Shown here in pieces: positions 1-8,773 of a stretch of DNA of 64,000 nt (position 1 is the stretch's first letter; each line of letters begins with the position of its first letter). The notes beneath the pieces are model-generated. The model was not told the origin of the DNA. It saw only the letters and a list, made by a program, of their open reading frames with translations, and made no database searches. Location: IMG/VR virus record IMGVR_UViG_3300029288_000174, positions 1,263 to 65,262 of that record; one strand, 5' to 3'. Source of the stretch: a virus. Its lineage: Duplodnaviria; Caudoviricetes. Both the position numbers and the translations under genes were made by a program.

Positions 1-168
1 TACTACGTCGGCTACAACGCGGATCGAACGGCGGAAGCGGCTTGGGCGGCTATCCGTCCGCAGGGTGGCGAGGCTGCCAATGGTTCCGTTCGTGGTTCCG
101 CTGGTTCCGAAAACACCAAAAAGGCGAGTCAACAAGAACACACAACCACAAGTGAAGAAAGCACTTAG
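1..168 (+). CDS. int: Tyrosine integrase, C-terminal fragment (5' end outside window)
   Basis: Frame 1 is open from base 1 to TAG at 166-168. YYVGYNADRTAEAAWAA resembles the catalytic-Tyr C-terminal helix of phage integrases. It lies directly beside a tRNA-derived att core. Confidence 0.7.
   Translation, partial: YYVGYNADRTAEAAWAAIRPQGGEAANGSVRGSAGSENTKKASQQEHTTTSEEST
81..109 (+). repeat. Integrase arm-type sites, left (TGGTTCCG x3)
   Basis: TGGTTCCG at 81-88, 93-100 and 102-109. Confidence 0.7.
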
Positions 169-175
169 AGCATTT

Positions 176-218
176 CGGGGCGTGGCGCAGTCTGGCTAGC
201 GCGTCTGAATGGGGTTCA
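176..218 (+). pseudogene. 5' half of tRNA-Pro(GGG), att core
   Basis: CGGGGCG acceptor 5' strand, D-arm GCGCAGTCTGGCTAGCGC, anticodon arm TCTGA-ATGGGGT-TCA. tRNA similarity stops at 218 and there is no T-arm or 3' acceptor strand. Confidence 0.85.
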
Positions 219-312
219 TGGCTATCCCGATCGTGCCTGCCGGTTTTCTCGCAAAAACATCACTGTTTCCGGTGTTTATCCTAGTCCGTCCTATTTGCCG
301 TTGTTCGTAAAT

Positions 313-321
313 TGTGGATAA
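313..321 (-). promoter_or_regulatory. DnaA-box consensus (TTATCCACA)
   Basis: TGTGGATAA on + strand; a near-match TGTGGATAG is at 636-644. Confidence 0.3.
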
Positions 322-331
322 CTGGCGGAAA

Positions 332-350
332 TGGTTCCGTTTTGGTTCCG
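332..350 (+). repeat. Integrase arm-type sites, right (TGGTTCCG x2)
   Basis: TGGTTCCG at 332-339 and 343-350, same orientation as the left set. Confidence 0.7.
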
Positions 351-382
351 TTCGGCCGCATCATCCTGAGCCTGTCCTATAC

Positions 383-559
383 CTATATATTAGGGACGAT
401 AACGGCCCGATGATCTGGCCACGCCTTGCGGATGCGACGATTGAAGTGCCGGATGAATGATCGGCAGTGCTGGCGGGATGCCTCTTGGATCAGTAGTCCA
501 ATCGGGCGGTTTGTGTTAGCATCAACGAGAACGACAGCATAGCCCCTGGTGTGAAACAT
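383..559 (-). CDS. Small basic hypothetical protein beside attP
   Basis: ATG at 559 gives a 58-aa Arg-rich ORF; its position would suit a directionality factor but no motif was recognised. Confidence 0.3.
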   Translation of the reverse strand: MFHTRGYAVVLVDANTNRPIGLLIQEASRQHCRSFIRHFNRRIRKAWPDHRAVIVPNI

Positions 560-707
560 GGTGAAGAAACTCCCGAGAATCGAGAGGCTGAGGGTCGGCC
601 TCAGCACCGGCGGGCACCCTGGCCCGATCAAAGATTGTGGATAGTATACAGCCGTATATATGGATGTCAAGGGGCATGGCCGCCATTACTCAAAAAAGGG
701 GACAGAA

Positions 708-1505
708 ATGCGAACCACGACTCTGACGGTTGCGATTGTGTTGGTGCTGCTCGCGTCGGCTGGACAGTTGCACGGCCAGAATACGAGCGACACGATAAAG
801 TCGTATCTGGATTTCCGACGTAGCAATTTTCAGCATGACAGGCGAGTGGTGGAAGCCGGAGAGACCGGCGCGGAACTTCTGGGACGCGATGAACGCTGCG
901 GGAAGAAAGAATTCGCGGGCACGCTGCGGGGGAAGATTCCCAAGGACTACAAAATCGGCGACTGGGGATGTTACCATTCGTCGTTGCGGGTTATCAGCGC
1001 GGTAAGCAGTACATCCTGCATCGTCATGCCGACAAACCGAACGCATGGTGGCCCGTTCCTGGTGCGTGGATTGGATATGTCCAAGATGGTGGACAATGTT
1101 GAATTCACGCTCCAACATCCATTCATAATTCTCGGCACCTATCGCTATTCGTCGGCATCCGGTGCGTCGAGAACGATATTGGCGTTCGACTGCGGATCGA
1201 AGTTCAATGAATTCATCGCCGAGAAAACCAAGCGGGACCGCCAGTTGGCAGACGAAAAAGAGAAGGCTGACGCGGAAGAGCGGGCGAGACTCGACGAAGC
1301 ACGCTGGCACACCTGGACCATTGCGAAAAGCGGAGAGAGGATAGACGGTAAGTTTTCCAAGGTGGTAAGCGGTGTGGTGTACGTGACCACACGAAGCGGC
1401 GAAAAGACCACGCTGCAATTGGATGAATTGAGCGAAGGCGACCACGTGTGGATCAAGGATCGGTGTTGGAAGAAGCCGTCAGGAAATTCGTCCACAACAA
1501 AATAA
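708..1505 (+). CDS. Exported protein with C-terminal SHD1-like domain
   Basis: Signal peptide MRTTTLTVAIVLVLLASAGQLHG. The C-terminal WHTWT...IDGKF...GVVYVTTRSGEK...LDELSEGDHVWI matches the SHD1 pattern common in Planctomycetes. Confidence 0.7.
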   Translation: MRTTTLTVAIVLVLLASAGQLHGQNTSDTIKSYLDFRRSNFQHDRRVVEAGETGAELLGRDERCGKKEFAGTLRGKIPKDYKIGDWGCYHSSLRVISAVSSTSCIVMPTNRTHGGPFLVRGLDMSKMVDNVEFTLQHPFIILGTYRYSSASGASRTILAFDCGSKFNEFIAEKTKRDRQLADEKEKADAEERARLDEARWHTWTIAKSGERIDGKFSKVVSGVVYVTTRSGEKTTLQLDELSEGDHVWIKDRCWKKPSGNSSTTK

Positions 1506-1540
1506 CGAGCGACAATTGCGTATTTCGGGGAGAGTGTAAC

Positions 1541-1966
1541 ATGGACAAAAAAGACATTTGGCCTGGCACGTTTGACCTGAACGATGGAAATGCAGACACG
1601 GGCAACCGCAATCCAGTTTCCGGCAGTCGATCCGCCGAAAGTAAAGTCGCATCGGAAAGCGGCTCTCTGTTCGCAGCACTGTTGGGCACGTTAGTCATAT
1701 CGTGCATTCTCGTCGTTTTGATTTCGGCTGTTGTGATGGCCATCGAAAACCCGTCGAGGCTCATGGAAATCGCAGCAACAGTCGTTATTCCGGCGATTGC
1801 TGTTATAGTATCCATTGTGCTTTACTTTCTCCCGGCAGGCATTGCTATTCGCCGATCCCACCGGAACGACTTGGCGATTTTCGTGCTGAATCTCTTTCTC
1901 GGCTGGACGTTTCTGGGCTGGGTAGTAGCCCTGGTGTGGGCATTTACCAACGACGTTCGGAAATGA
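1541..1966 (+). CDS. Superinfection immunity membrane protein (T4 Imm-like)
   Basis: C-terminal LYFLPAGIAIRRSHRNDLAIFVLNLFLGWTFLGWVVALVWA is the Imm_superinfect signature. Confidence 0.85.
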   Translation: MDKKDIWPGTFDLNDGNADTGNRNPVSGSRSAESKVASESGSLFAALLGTLVISCILVVLISAVVMAIENPSRLMEIAATVVIPAIAVIVSIVLYFLPAGIAIRRSHRNDLAIFVLNLFLGWTFLGWVVALVWAFTNDVRK

Positions 1967-1984
1967 CATGGGAGGCCAATCATC

Positions 1985-2407
1985 ATGTCAGAAAATAACG
2001 CCGTGCTGGCCGTAGCGATCGCGGTAATCGTCTGCGTGGCCTGCGGGTTCATCGGCTACTTCGTTGCCGACAGAAAGAACATGGGGCCAGTCGGCGCCAT
2101 TCTCGGCGTGCTGCTTGGTCCGGTCGGCGTGTTGATCGCGGCCGTTGCATTGGACGCTCGGCAACAGTGCCCCAAATGCCGAGAGCGAATCAATGAGGGT
2201 GCGACGATATGCCCGCACTGCAAAGCCGAACTGAAAATCAACCGCACTGCGGCCGCCTCCCGTAGAACCGAAACGTGCCCAACGTGCGGCAGACTACTGT
2301 TTGAGGGTGCGCCTCTGTGCAATCGCTGCAACACTGAGGTATTTTGGCTTGGGAATCAGGCGATGACGCGAGCCGAGCTTGAGCAAATTGCCATTCTCCG
2401 AAAATGA
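1985..2407 (+). CDS. Membrane-anchored double zinc-ribbon protein
   Basis: Two N-terminal TM segments followed by four CxxC pairs (CPKC, CPHC, CPTC, CNRC). Confidence 0.7.
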   Translation: MSENNAVLAVAIAVIVCVACGFIGYFVADRKNMGPVGAILGVLLGPVGVLIAAVALDARQQCPKCRERINEGATICPHCKAELKINRTAAASRRTETCPTCGRLLFEGAPLCNRCNTEVFWLGNQAMTRAELEQIAILRK

Positions 2408-2416
2408 TCGCCAATC

Positions 2417-2782
2417 ATGTGCGCCCTTGTTCATGCCATCAATCAGGCCGTCGCGTTCGTCAAGCAACGCTCCGTCAAGATGACGCGGGCCGAGGTGATT
2501 GAGTTTCGCCGCATCGCGGATGAGATTTACAATCTGGCCGAACGATCGGAACTGATTGACATTCTCCCCGGTGTGCCACGATCGCGGAACAATTCCGACA
2601 ACACGGCAGTCCCGTTTGAGTCGCGGTTGCACCTGCCCGGCGACTGGTTCGACCTTGACGGAAACGGCACGTACTGGTTTGTTCCGGCTCGATTGCCGCG
2701 ATGGTTCGCCAAAATGGAAACGCTGCGGATGATTGCCGTGCTACAACCGGATGACGAAGATAGTGTACGTCAGTCGAGTTAA
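2417..2782 (+). CDS. Hypothetical protein
   Basis: 121-aa ORF continuing the + strand cassette. Confidence 0.5.
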   Translation: MCALVHAINQAVAFVKQRSVKMTRAEVIEFRRIADEIYNLAERSELIDILPGVPRSRNNSDNTAVPFESRLHLPGDWFDLDGNGTYWFVPARLPRWFAKMETLRMIAVLQPDDEDSVRQSS

Positions 2783-2834
2783 ACTAGGCAAACCCACCCC
2801 CTCTAGATATTTTTCGGATTTTGGCTCGCCCCGC

Positions 2835-2862
2835 TTGACTCCTATAACCGATTGGCTATAAT
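2835..2862 (+). promoter_or_regulatory. Sigma70-like promoter with overlapping imperfect palindrome
   Basis: TTGACT(2835-40)-N16-TATAAT(2857-62); TATAACCGATTGGCTATA dyad in the spacer; GGAGAG RBS before ATG 2887. Confidence 0.6.
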
Positions 2863-2886
2863 AGAGGCAGTGACGGAGAGAAAACA

Positions 2887-3249
2887 ATGAACGAAAACGA
2901 AACGATCTACTGTGTGGAATGTGGCGAGCGAACCGTCGAGTTTGACGGTGGCTGCTGCGAAAAATGTACATGGTACGCATGGCTCGAAAAAACAGAATCG
3001 GCCGTTGAGGAAATCGCAAAATCGCTCGGCTGGACGTGTGAGTTTGAGTCTCAGGCGAGCGGCGGTCGGTCCAGATATTACGACCTGTGGCGCGAACCAG
3101 AGAGCGAGGAGAGCGACGAGGAATTTGAGCACCTGAAACTCAGGATCAGCGACCACTCGCAATGCTACGATGCTGATATTTCTATCGACCAGTGCGGCGG
3201 CGCGTCGGTCGATCAGTTTGCGGCGTGGCTGAAAAAAAGGGCTCGATAG
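2887..3249 (+). CDS. Hypothetical protein with N-terminal CxxC/CCxxC motifs
   Basis: Good RBS; YCVECG...GCCEKCTW. Confidence 0.6.
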   Translation: MNENETIYCVECGERTVEFDGGCCEKCTWYAWLEKTESAVEEIAKSLGWTCEFESQASGGRSRYYDLWREPESEESDEEFEHLKLRISDHSQCYDADISIDQCGGASVDQFAAWLKKRAR

Positions 3250-3318
3250 ACTGACATTCGCTCCGCGCTGCCCTCCCCGCCGGGGCACGCGGATTCAACC
3301 GGCGGGAGGCAAAGAGAA

Positions 3319-3681
3319 ATGAAAATGAAAACGACACTGAAAATCGACCGCAACAGTTTGGCCAATGTGATTCGTGAATTGATTGAGGACGACGCCCACG
3401 GCCCGATGGACCCGCGGCTGATCTACGATTCCCAGACGGGTGAATTTTCGATCGAGAGCAGTCTGAATTCTCTCGACGAAACGGAGCATGTCATCGCCGC
3501 CCGCGTGGGGGATTCGTTTCTCGAATCGGATGCTGCCGAAACTCGCAGCGAAATCGAATCGGCCACGGAAAAACTGCGAGAAAAAATGATTGCTGACGCC
3601 GTTGCAGCAGCGATGGCCGGAATGGACGACGATTACATCGCGGAGTATGTGATTGGCGATTTGACGGAGGCGGCTGAGTAG
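3319..3681 (+). CDS. Acidic hypothetical protein
   Basis: GGAGG RBS upstream; 120-aa ORF. Confidence 0.55.
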   Translation: MKMKTTLKIDRNSLANVIRELIEDDAHGPMDPRLIYDSQTGEFSIESSLNSLDETEHVIAARVGDSFLESDAAETRSEIESATEKLREKMIADAVAAAMAGMDDDYIAEYVIGDLTEAAE

Positions 3682-3841
3682 CATTTCTCCGCGCTGCCCG
3701 GCTCTGCGAAAGCATCCGGGCGGCGTGCCTTTTGGAAAAACTTTCGCCTGCACGGTCCGGGCTTTCAACCCGGCAATCAGGGATCCGATCGAGTACGCCT
3801 GATCTAAGCGGCCCGTTAAGCACGCGAGTCGGCGAAGTGCA

Positions 3842-4054
3842 ATGCGGGCATTATCAATCATGCAATTCGCCAAAAACCTAAAATCCCGCCGCCTCGCTCT
3901 TGGCCTGACCCAGCGACAGGTGGCCGATCTAGCCGCCATGCCGCAGCCTGCCTACGCACGCCTGGAATCCGGTGGCCGCGAGAATCCACGGATTGATACG
4001 CTGCAACGGCTGGCGAAGGCACTTCGCACCACGCCGGACAAACTGCTAAAATAA
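3842..4054 (+). CDS. XRE-family helix-turn-helix regulator
   Basis: LKSRRLALGLTQRQVADLAAMPQPAYARLESGGRENPRIDTLQRLAKAL. Confidence 0.9.
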   Translation: MRALSIMQFAKNLKSRRLALGLTQRQVADLAAMPQPAYARLESGGRENPRIDTLQRLAKALRTTPDKLLK

Positions 4055-4058
4055 GATT

Positions 4059-4133
4059 CCGCCGCTGTACCGTTGCCAATCGTGGGAGCGAATCACGCGG
4101 CAGTCGCGTCCGTGCGACTCGGTACAGCGGCGG
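4059..4133. terminator. Inverted repeat at the convergent XRE / late-operon junction
   Basis: 14-bp perfect IR CCGCCGCTGTACCG (4059-72) / CGGTACAGCGGCGG (4120-33) with an inner AGTCGC/GCGACT hairpin. Confidence 0.4.
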
Positions 4134-5094
4134 CAATTTCTCTCGCGGCCATCGTCGCAATGGCTGCTGCCTGTTGTTCGGTAATTGTCGGGTCGGCCGG
4201 CAGATAGAAAACCTCCCGAGCGAACAGGTTCGCTTTCAGGTGAAAATGCGGTTTGCGGTATTCCTGTTGCGAACTCATCGGCTTGAACGCATGGCGGGCC
4301 GCGACGCCGGCGGCATTCAGATTGGCGATGATCTGCGACTGCTGGGCCGCGTTCATTCCCGGAACTCGTAAATCGTAAACCCAACACGCCTCGCGTTTCG
4401 GAAGTCGATATTGCTCCGGGATAGCGCGGTTGTATGCCGCCTCGATTCGCGTTCGCCGTCGCAAGTTTTCGTTGACGTTGTGTAAACTGCCGAGGATGAT
4501 CGACGCGAGAGCGTTCGCCAACCGATAATTGCAGCCGCGTGGCACGTGGCTGAAATCGTGGGCCGCCGTAAATCCCTGCGACCGCAATTTCTTGGCGAGT
4601 TTTGCGTGGTGGGGATTCTTAAACGCGATCATTCCGCCCTCTTCTCCGGCGACGATCTTATTTCGGTAGAACGACCAGCAGGCGGCGTCGGTGTCTTTGT
4701 GCGGCCTGACGCCGTGGGCCTCGGCCAAATCCTCGACAACGCGACAATCGTAATACCTCGCGGTAGCATGAATGGCCGTCATGTTGCACCGCCTGCCGTA
4801 AATATGCACCGGCATGATGGCCTTGATGCGTTGTGCCGCTCTTCGTTCCACCAGCACCGGGTCAAGCAGCATCGTATCGTCGCAGTCCACGAATACCGGC
4901 TCCAAGCCGGCCATCGTCACCGCTCTGGCGCAAGCGACCATCGTAAACTCAGGAACGATGACGCGACTCTCGGGCCGTAATTCTAACGCCTCCAATGCGA
5001 GGTGTAGGGCGGCCGTGCCGCTGTTGCAAGCAACGGTGTTTGGGTTGCCTATCCACTCGCCAAACTCTTTTTCGAGCCGTTCGTATGCGTCCAT
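4093..5094 (-). CDS. DegT/DnrJ/EryC1/StrS PLP-dependent sugar aminotransferase (perosamine-synthase-like)
   Basis: NSGTAALHLAL, VIVPEFTM, PVHIYG, VVEDLAEAHG, SFYRNK (PLP lysine), GCNYRL. Confidence 0.92.
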   Translation of the reverse strand: MDAYERLEKEFGEWIGNPNTVACNSGTAALHLALEALELRPESRVIVPEFTMVACARAVTMAGLEPVFVDCDDTMLLDPVLVERRAAQRIKAIMPVHIYGRRCNMTAIHATARYYDCRVVEDLAEAHGVRPHKDTDAACWSFYRNKIVAGEEGGMIAFKNPHHAKLAKKLRSQGFTAAHDFSHVPRGCNYRLANALASIILGSLHNVNENLRRRTRIEAAYNRAIPEQYRLPKREACWVYDLRVPGMNAAQQSQIIANLNAAGVAARHAFKPMSSQQEYRKPHFHLKANLFAREVFYLPADPTITEQQAAAIATMAAREIAAAVPSRTDATAA

Positions 5095-5095
5095 G

Positions 5096-6052
5096 TCACC
5101 AGTCCCAGCGGCTCCCGTTCTGCTGATAGTAGTTGATGGTTCGTCGTAACGCCTCACGCAGCGGCACGGCTGGCCGTGTGTCGATGACGCCGTAGAGCTT
5201 GCTGTTGTCGCTCTGCAAGTGCCAGATCTCCCACGGCCGCCGCTTGGCTTCTGTCGGCACGATCGTAATCGATTCGTGGCCCATTAATTCGCCAATGAGT
5301 TTTGCCAAATCGTAAATCGTGACGCATTCTTCCGAACCCATGTTGTAGACTTCGCCGAACTGGCCGCACTCCAGCAATGCGACCGCCATCCGCACGGCAT
5401 CGCCGGCGTACTGAAAATCTCGCGTGCTGTTGTTGCCGAGGCGAATCGTCGGGCCATTCTCGGCAATCTGGCTGATAATCTCGGGAATCACGTATTCATG
5501 CGTTTCCCGCTCGCCGACACAATTGAACTGCCGCATGGCAATGGCCGGGACTTTTGCCTCTCGCCAACGGACTTGCACCAAGCCGTCGGCGGCCATCTTG
5601 CTGACACCATAAGTGCTGTGCGGGCAAACCGGATCGGATTCCTTGATCGCGCCTTTCATGTCGCCGTAGATTTCGGCCGAACTGACTTGCAGCAGTCCCT
5701 CTACTTCCGCCAACTTGCAGGCATTCAGCACCGACAGCACGGCCGTAGCATTGATGGTAAAGAAGTGCGTCGGCCGCTCGAAACATTCCGGGATGTACGG
5801 CTCGGCGGCGTAGTTGAACACGTAGCGAACGCCATGCTGCTGTAGCAGGCGGGCCGTTTCGTGTTCACCTTCGCGGATATCGTGCCATACGAAAGTTGCA
5901 TCCCGATGAATGTGCTTGGTGTGTCCGTTAATCAGGTTGTCCAACACCAATACGTCGCAGCCGCGATCGTCAATGAGGTGGTCAACCAGATGGCTTCCCA
6001 AAAAACCAGCGCCGCCAATGACGCACGCCTTGCAGTTCTTTATCGTTCGCAT
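5096..6052 (-). CDS. NAD-dependent nucleotide-sugar epimerase/4,6-dehydratase (extended SDR)
   Basis: GGAGFLGS Rossmann motif, SSAEIYG, YGVSK (YxxxK), RQFNCVG, TRDF, GEVYNMGS; overall LegB/RmlB-like. Confidence 0.92.
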   Translation of the reverse strand: MRTIKNCKACVIGGAGFLGSHLVDHLIDDRGCDVLVLDNLINGHTKHIHRDATFVWHDIREGEHETARLLQQHGVRYVFNYAAEPYIPECFERPTHFFTINATAVLSVLNACKLAEVEGLLQVSSAEIYGDMKGAIKESDPVCPHSTYGVSKMAADGLVQVRWREAKVPAIAMRQFNCVGERETHEYVIPEIISQIAENGPTIRLGNNSTRDFQYAGDAVRMAVALLECGQFGEVYNMGSEECVTIYDLAKLIGELMGHESITIVPTEAKRRPWEIWHLQSDNSKLYGVIDTRPAVPLREALRRTINYYQQNGSRWDW

Positions 6053-6061
6053 AATTCGCTC

Positions 6062-6943
6062 CTAAGTGTGAACATCCGCCACGCCGCGCAGTTCGCCGAC
6101 TGTTGTCGGATGGCATTGCTTGTAGGCCATGACGGCATCCGTGCCACGATAGAATCCCGGCAACGGGACCAACGAGAACCCCAGCCACTGGTAGATTTTC
6201 TGCATCGGCTTGTTGTCTCCGCGCATGAATCCGTAGCACGTTCCCACGGTGCTGCCGATGACCTTTTGTAGAATGTTGATGCTCCCATTCATGGCCGCCA
6301 GCCCGCCACGCCCGCGTACTTCGTCGCTGGTAGCTAGTTCGTAAAACTCCACCGTGCCATCGTGACCGGCCCGATAAATCAGCGTGACACCATCCTGGAC
6401 GATGGTATTGTGTGTGAAGTCTTCCGCATCATGCACGGCATCGATCATGCGATAGCAGGTCGGAACGGTATACGACAGCAGCAATAGACGATCCGCCACG
6501 CGAAGCAATTCTGTTTCCATGAGTCGCCACGTCGCCGTGCCGAGTCTGTCCTTTACCATGCCGTCAAGTGAGCGGGCAATGCACATATCGAAGCTGCGAT
6601 CGGGAAACGGTAGCTTTCGCAGGTCGGCCACGTCGAACGCTTTCCCGGGATTCCGCTTTCTGGCTTCCTGGATAAAGTCCGGCGACAGGTCGATTCCAAC
6701 GTACTCTGCTTGCGGCAGAACCTCGCAAAGCGCCCCGTATCCACACCCGGCGTCAAGTAAACGAGTCCCCGGCGGGATTAGTTTGGCCAGCAGTTCGCGG
6801 TGCGTCGCCTGAATGTTGTCCCATGCGCCTTGATTCACGTCGTAAACAGAGCGGTGGATTTCGTTCTGTGCCAACGCTCTACGTAGCCGTGGCCGCCAGA
6901 ATTGCGGATCGTCGATGTTGGTTTCACGCGACTTTAGATTCAT
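6062..6943 (-). CDS. Class I SAM methyltransferase fused to a GNAT-like domain
   Basis: LLDAGCGYG, YVGIDLSPDFI, VADLRKLPFPDRSFD; C-terminal EVRGRGG and DNKPMQKIYQWLGF resemble GNAT motifs A and B. Confidence 0.7.
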   Translation of the reverse strand: MNLKSRETNIDDPQFWRPRLRRALAQNEIHRSVYDVNQGAWDNIQATHRELLAKLIPPGTRLLDAGCGYGALCEVLPQAEYVGIDLSPDFIQEARKRNPGKAFDVADLRKLPFPDRSFDMCIARSLDGMVKDRLGTATWRLMETELLRVADRLLLLSYTVPTCYRMIDAVHDAEDFTHNTIVQDGVTLIYRAGHDGTVEFYELATSDEVRGRGGLAAMNGSINILQKVIGSTVGTCYGFMRGDNKPMQKIYQWLGFSLVPLPGFYRGTDAVMAYKQCHPTTVGELRGVADVHT

Positions 6944-7793
6944 GCTGAAAAATCTCCGGTATCGGACCATGATAATCAACCACCGATGCCCGCCACGGCA
7001 ATTCGTCGCCTGGCTGCCACGTCTCAAAGGCGGCTCGGCAGTTGACGTACCTTTGCCGTTGGTCCCTCACGCCTTCGCCACGCGCTACGTAATAGCGATG
7101 CTTGGCGCTTCGCATGAGTTGGGATGATGCGAACCCAAGATGGACGCACTGCGGGGCCTGGTCGTAGTTGTCGTAACGCTGAATGGCCTTGTCCAGCGAA
7201 CGGCCCGCAATGTCCGCTGGCGTGTTGTGGTTGTTCGCGTAGTGCAAACCATGCGACCACCGCCAGCCGCGACAGTGTGGTATGGCCCAGTAGCCGCCGA
7301 CCACTTCCCGCCGAAACAGCGGCTCATGGAGGATGCTTGTCGGCCGCCAGATATGCCGCTGCTTGAGAAGAAAGCCACGATAGCGTTCGTTGGCCGCCTT
7401 CATGGTTTCCGCAAATAGCTTCTGGTGATGGTGCGTGTAGTATTCGTCGGCGTCCAAGACCGCAATAAAGTCGGGCCGCGTCAACTCCGCGACTTTCATA
7501 TATTCCTGTCGAGAGGCGACCTTGCCTTGGGCCGGGTCGGTGTGTTTCGACAGGCCATAGGGAACATACACAACGCGGTGATCGTTGGCGGCCAAGTTCT
7601 GCAAATACTGCGAAGTGCCGTCGGTGGACAGTCCGGCGTCAGTCACCAGCGACAGATTCGCCTTGGCGTACATCGAATCGGCCGACTCGACAAACACCCA
7701 CCTATCGAGCCACGGCCAATCGTAATGCTGGGCGTAAAGTCTCGGCAAATGCTCCATCTCATTTAAGCAGAGCGTAGCCAGTAGAATCTTCAT
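6924..7793 (-). CDS. Glycosyltransferase, GT2-like (GT-A fold)
   Basis: LCLNEMEHLPRL, STDGT, DFIAVLDADEYY (DxD motif). Confidence 0.85.
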   Translation of the reverse strand: MKILLATLCLNEMEHLPRLYAQHYDWPWLDRWVFVESADSMYAKANLSLVTDAGLSTDGTSQYLQNLAANDHRVVYVPYGLSKHTDPAQGKVASRQEYMKVAELTRPDFIAVLDADEYYTHHHQKLFAETMKAANERYRGFLLKQRHIWRPTSILHEPLFRREVVGGYWAIPHCRGWRWSHGLHYANNHNTPADIAGRSLDKAIQRYDNYDQAPQCVHLGFASSQLMRSAKHRYYVARGEGVRDQRQRYVNCRAAFETWQPGDELPWRASVVDYHGPIPEIFQHESKVA

Positions 7794-8773
7794 GGCGACT
7801 TCTCCAGCGATTGCAGGTAGAGCGGCTTGAGGGCGTCCCAACTCATGGACTCGGCCCACGCCCGCCCGCGTTGCGAGTAGGCCGTTATGTCGCGTTCATA
7901 CCATTCGTCGATCGTGCGGGCGATTATGCGGGGATCAAGTACCGCCCGGTCAACCGTCACGGCGATCTTCGTTTTTTCGACGCCCGTGATCGGTATCAGC
8001 GGCTCGGCGGGCAGCCACTCCGTCATGGGGAATCGCTTGCTGGCCATTACCAGCATCCCGCTGGCGTAGGCTTCCTGGAGCGGCAGCGAAAGGCCGTTGA
8101 ATTTCTCGGGAAAGACAAACACGTCGCCATCGTAGAGCTTGTCGGCGGGCACGTTGTCAAGCACAAACGTAATGCGTTTGTCGCGGTTGCCGCGATACTT
8201 GTCGAACAGTCGCAGTATCTGTCGTTCGTCCGGCTGTCCGCGTACCGTTAAGTGGATCGGGCTTTGCACGTATCGCATCGCCTCCAATAGTTCCGGCGTG
8301 CCGTTGCGGTAGTTCGTGCCGCCGTGTCCAGCGTTGTGGATGAATTGCTTGGCGACCGTCCGCTGCTTCCACGGCACGTCAACGGGGACCGGCACAAACA
8401 GCGATGGCAAGTCTTTGTAGTATTGCAGGTCGAGCATCGACGGGCACAGATACACGTCGGCCGGAACCGGCAGAGGCATCGGCGTCCATTCGTACATCGG
8501 CATCATGGCAATGCGGATTCCCTGCCGCCGTGCCGCTCTGACGATATTCCAGTCAAAGGCGTTTTCAAGCAGGAATAGCACGTCCAGCCCGTGAAGAAAG
8601 TCACGGTGAGTTTCCACCGTGAAGCGGTTCTCTGACGGATACCACTCGGGATGGTTTTGGTAATGCGGGTGGCGAATCAGCAGGATGCGATTGACAATGC
8701 CGTGGTCGTAGAAAGACTTGGCGAGAATACCAAGCCCCGATTGCGTTGCGTAGCTGATGGCTCCGATATTCAT
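7790..8773 (-). CDS. Glycosyltransferase, GT4-like (GT-B fold)
   Basis: DVFVFPEKFNGLSLPLQEAYASGMLVMAS signature; ATGA-coupled to its neighbours. Confidence 0.88.
   Translation of the reverse strand: MNIGAISYATQSGLGILAKSFYDHGIVNRILLIRHPHYQNHPEWYPSENRFTVETHRDFLHGLDVLFLLENAFDWNIVRAARRQGIRIAMMPMYEWTPMPLPVPADVYLCPSMLDLQYYKDLPSLFVPVPVDVPWKQRTVAKQFIHNAGHGGTNYRNGTPELLEAMRYVQSPIHLTVRGQPDERQILRLFDKYRGNRDKRITFVLDNVPADKLYDGDVFVFPEKFNGLSLPLQEAYASGMLVMASKRFPMTEWLPAEPLIPITGVEKTKIAVTVDRAVLDPRIIARTIDEWYERDITAYSQRGRAWAESMSWDALKPLYLQSLEKSP

Noticed and set aside
176-218. Functional tRNA-Pro gene
   Set aside because: Truncated after the anticodon arm; no T-arm or 3' acceptor strand follows
3295-3939. 214-aa minus-strand ORF
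   Set aside because: Overlaps the better-supported + strand genes 3319-3681 and the XRE
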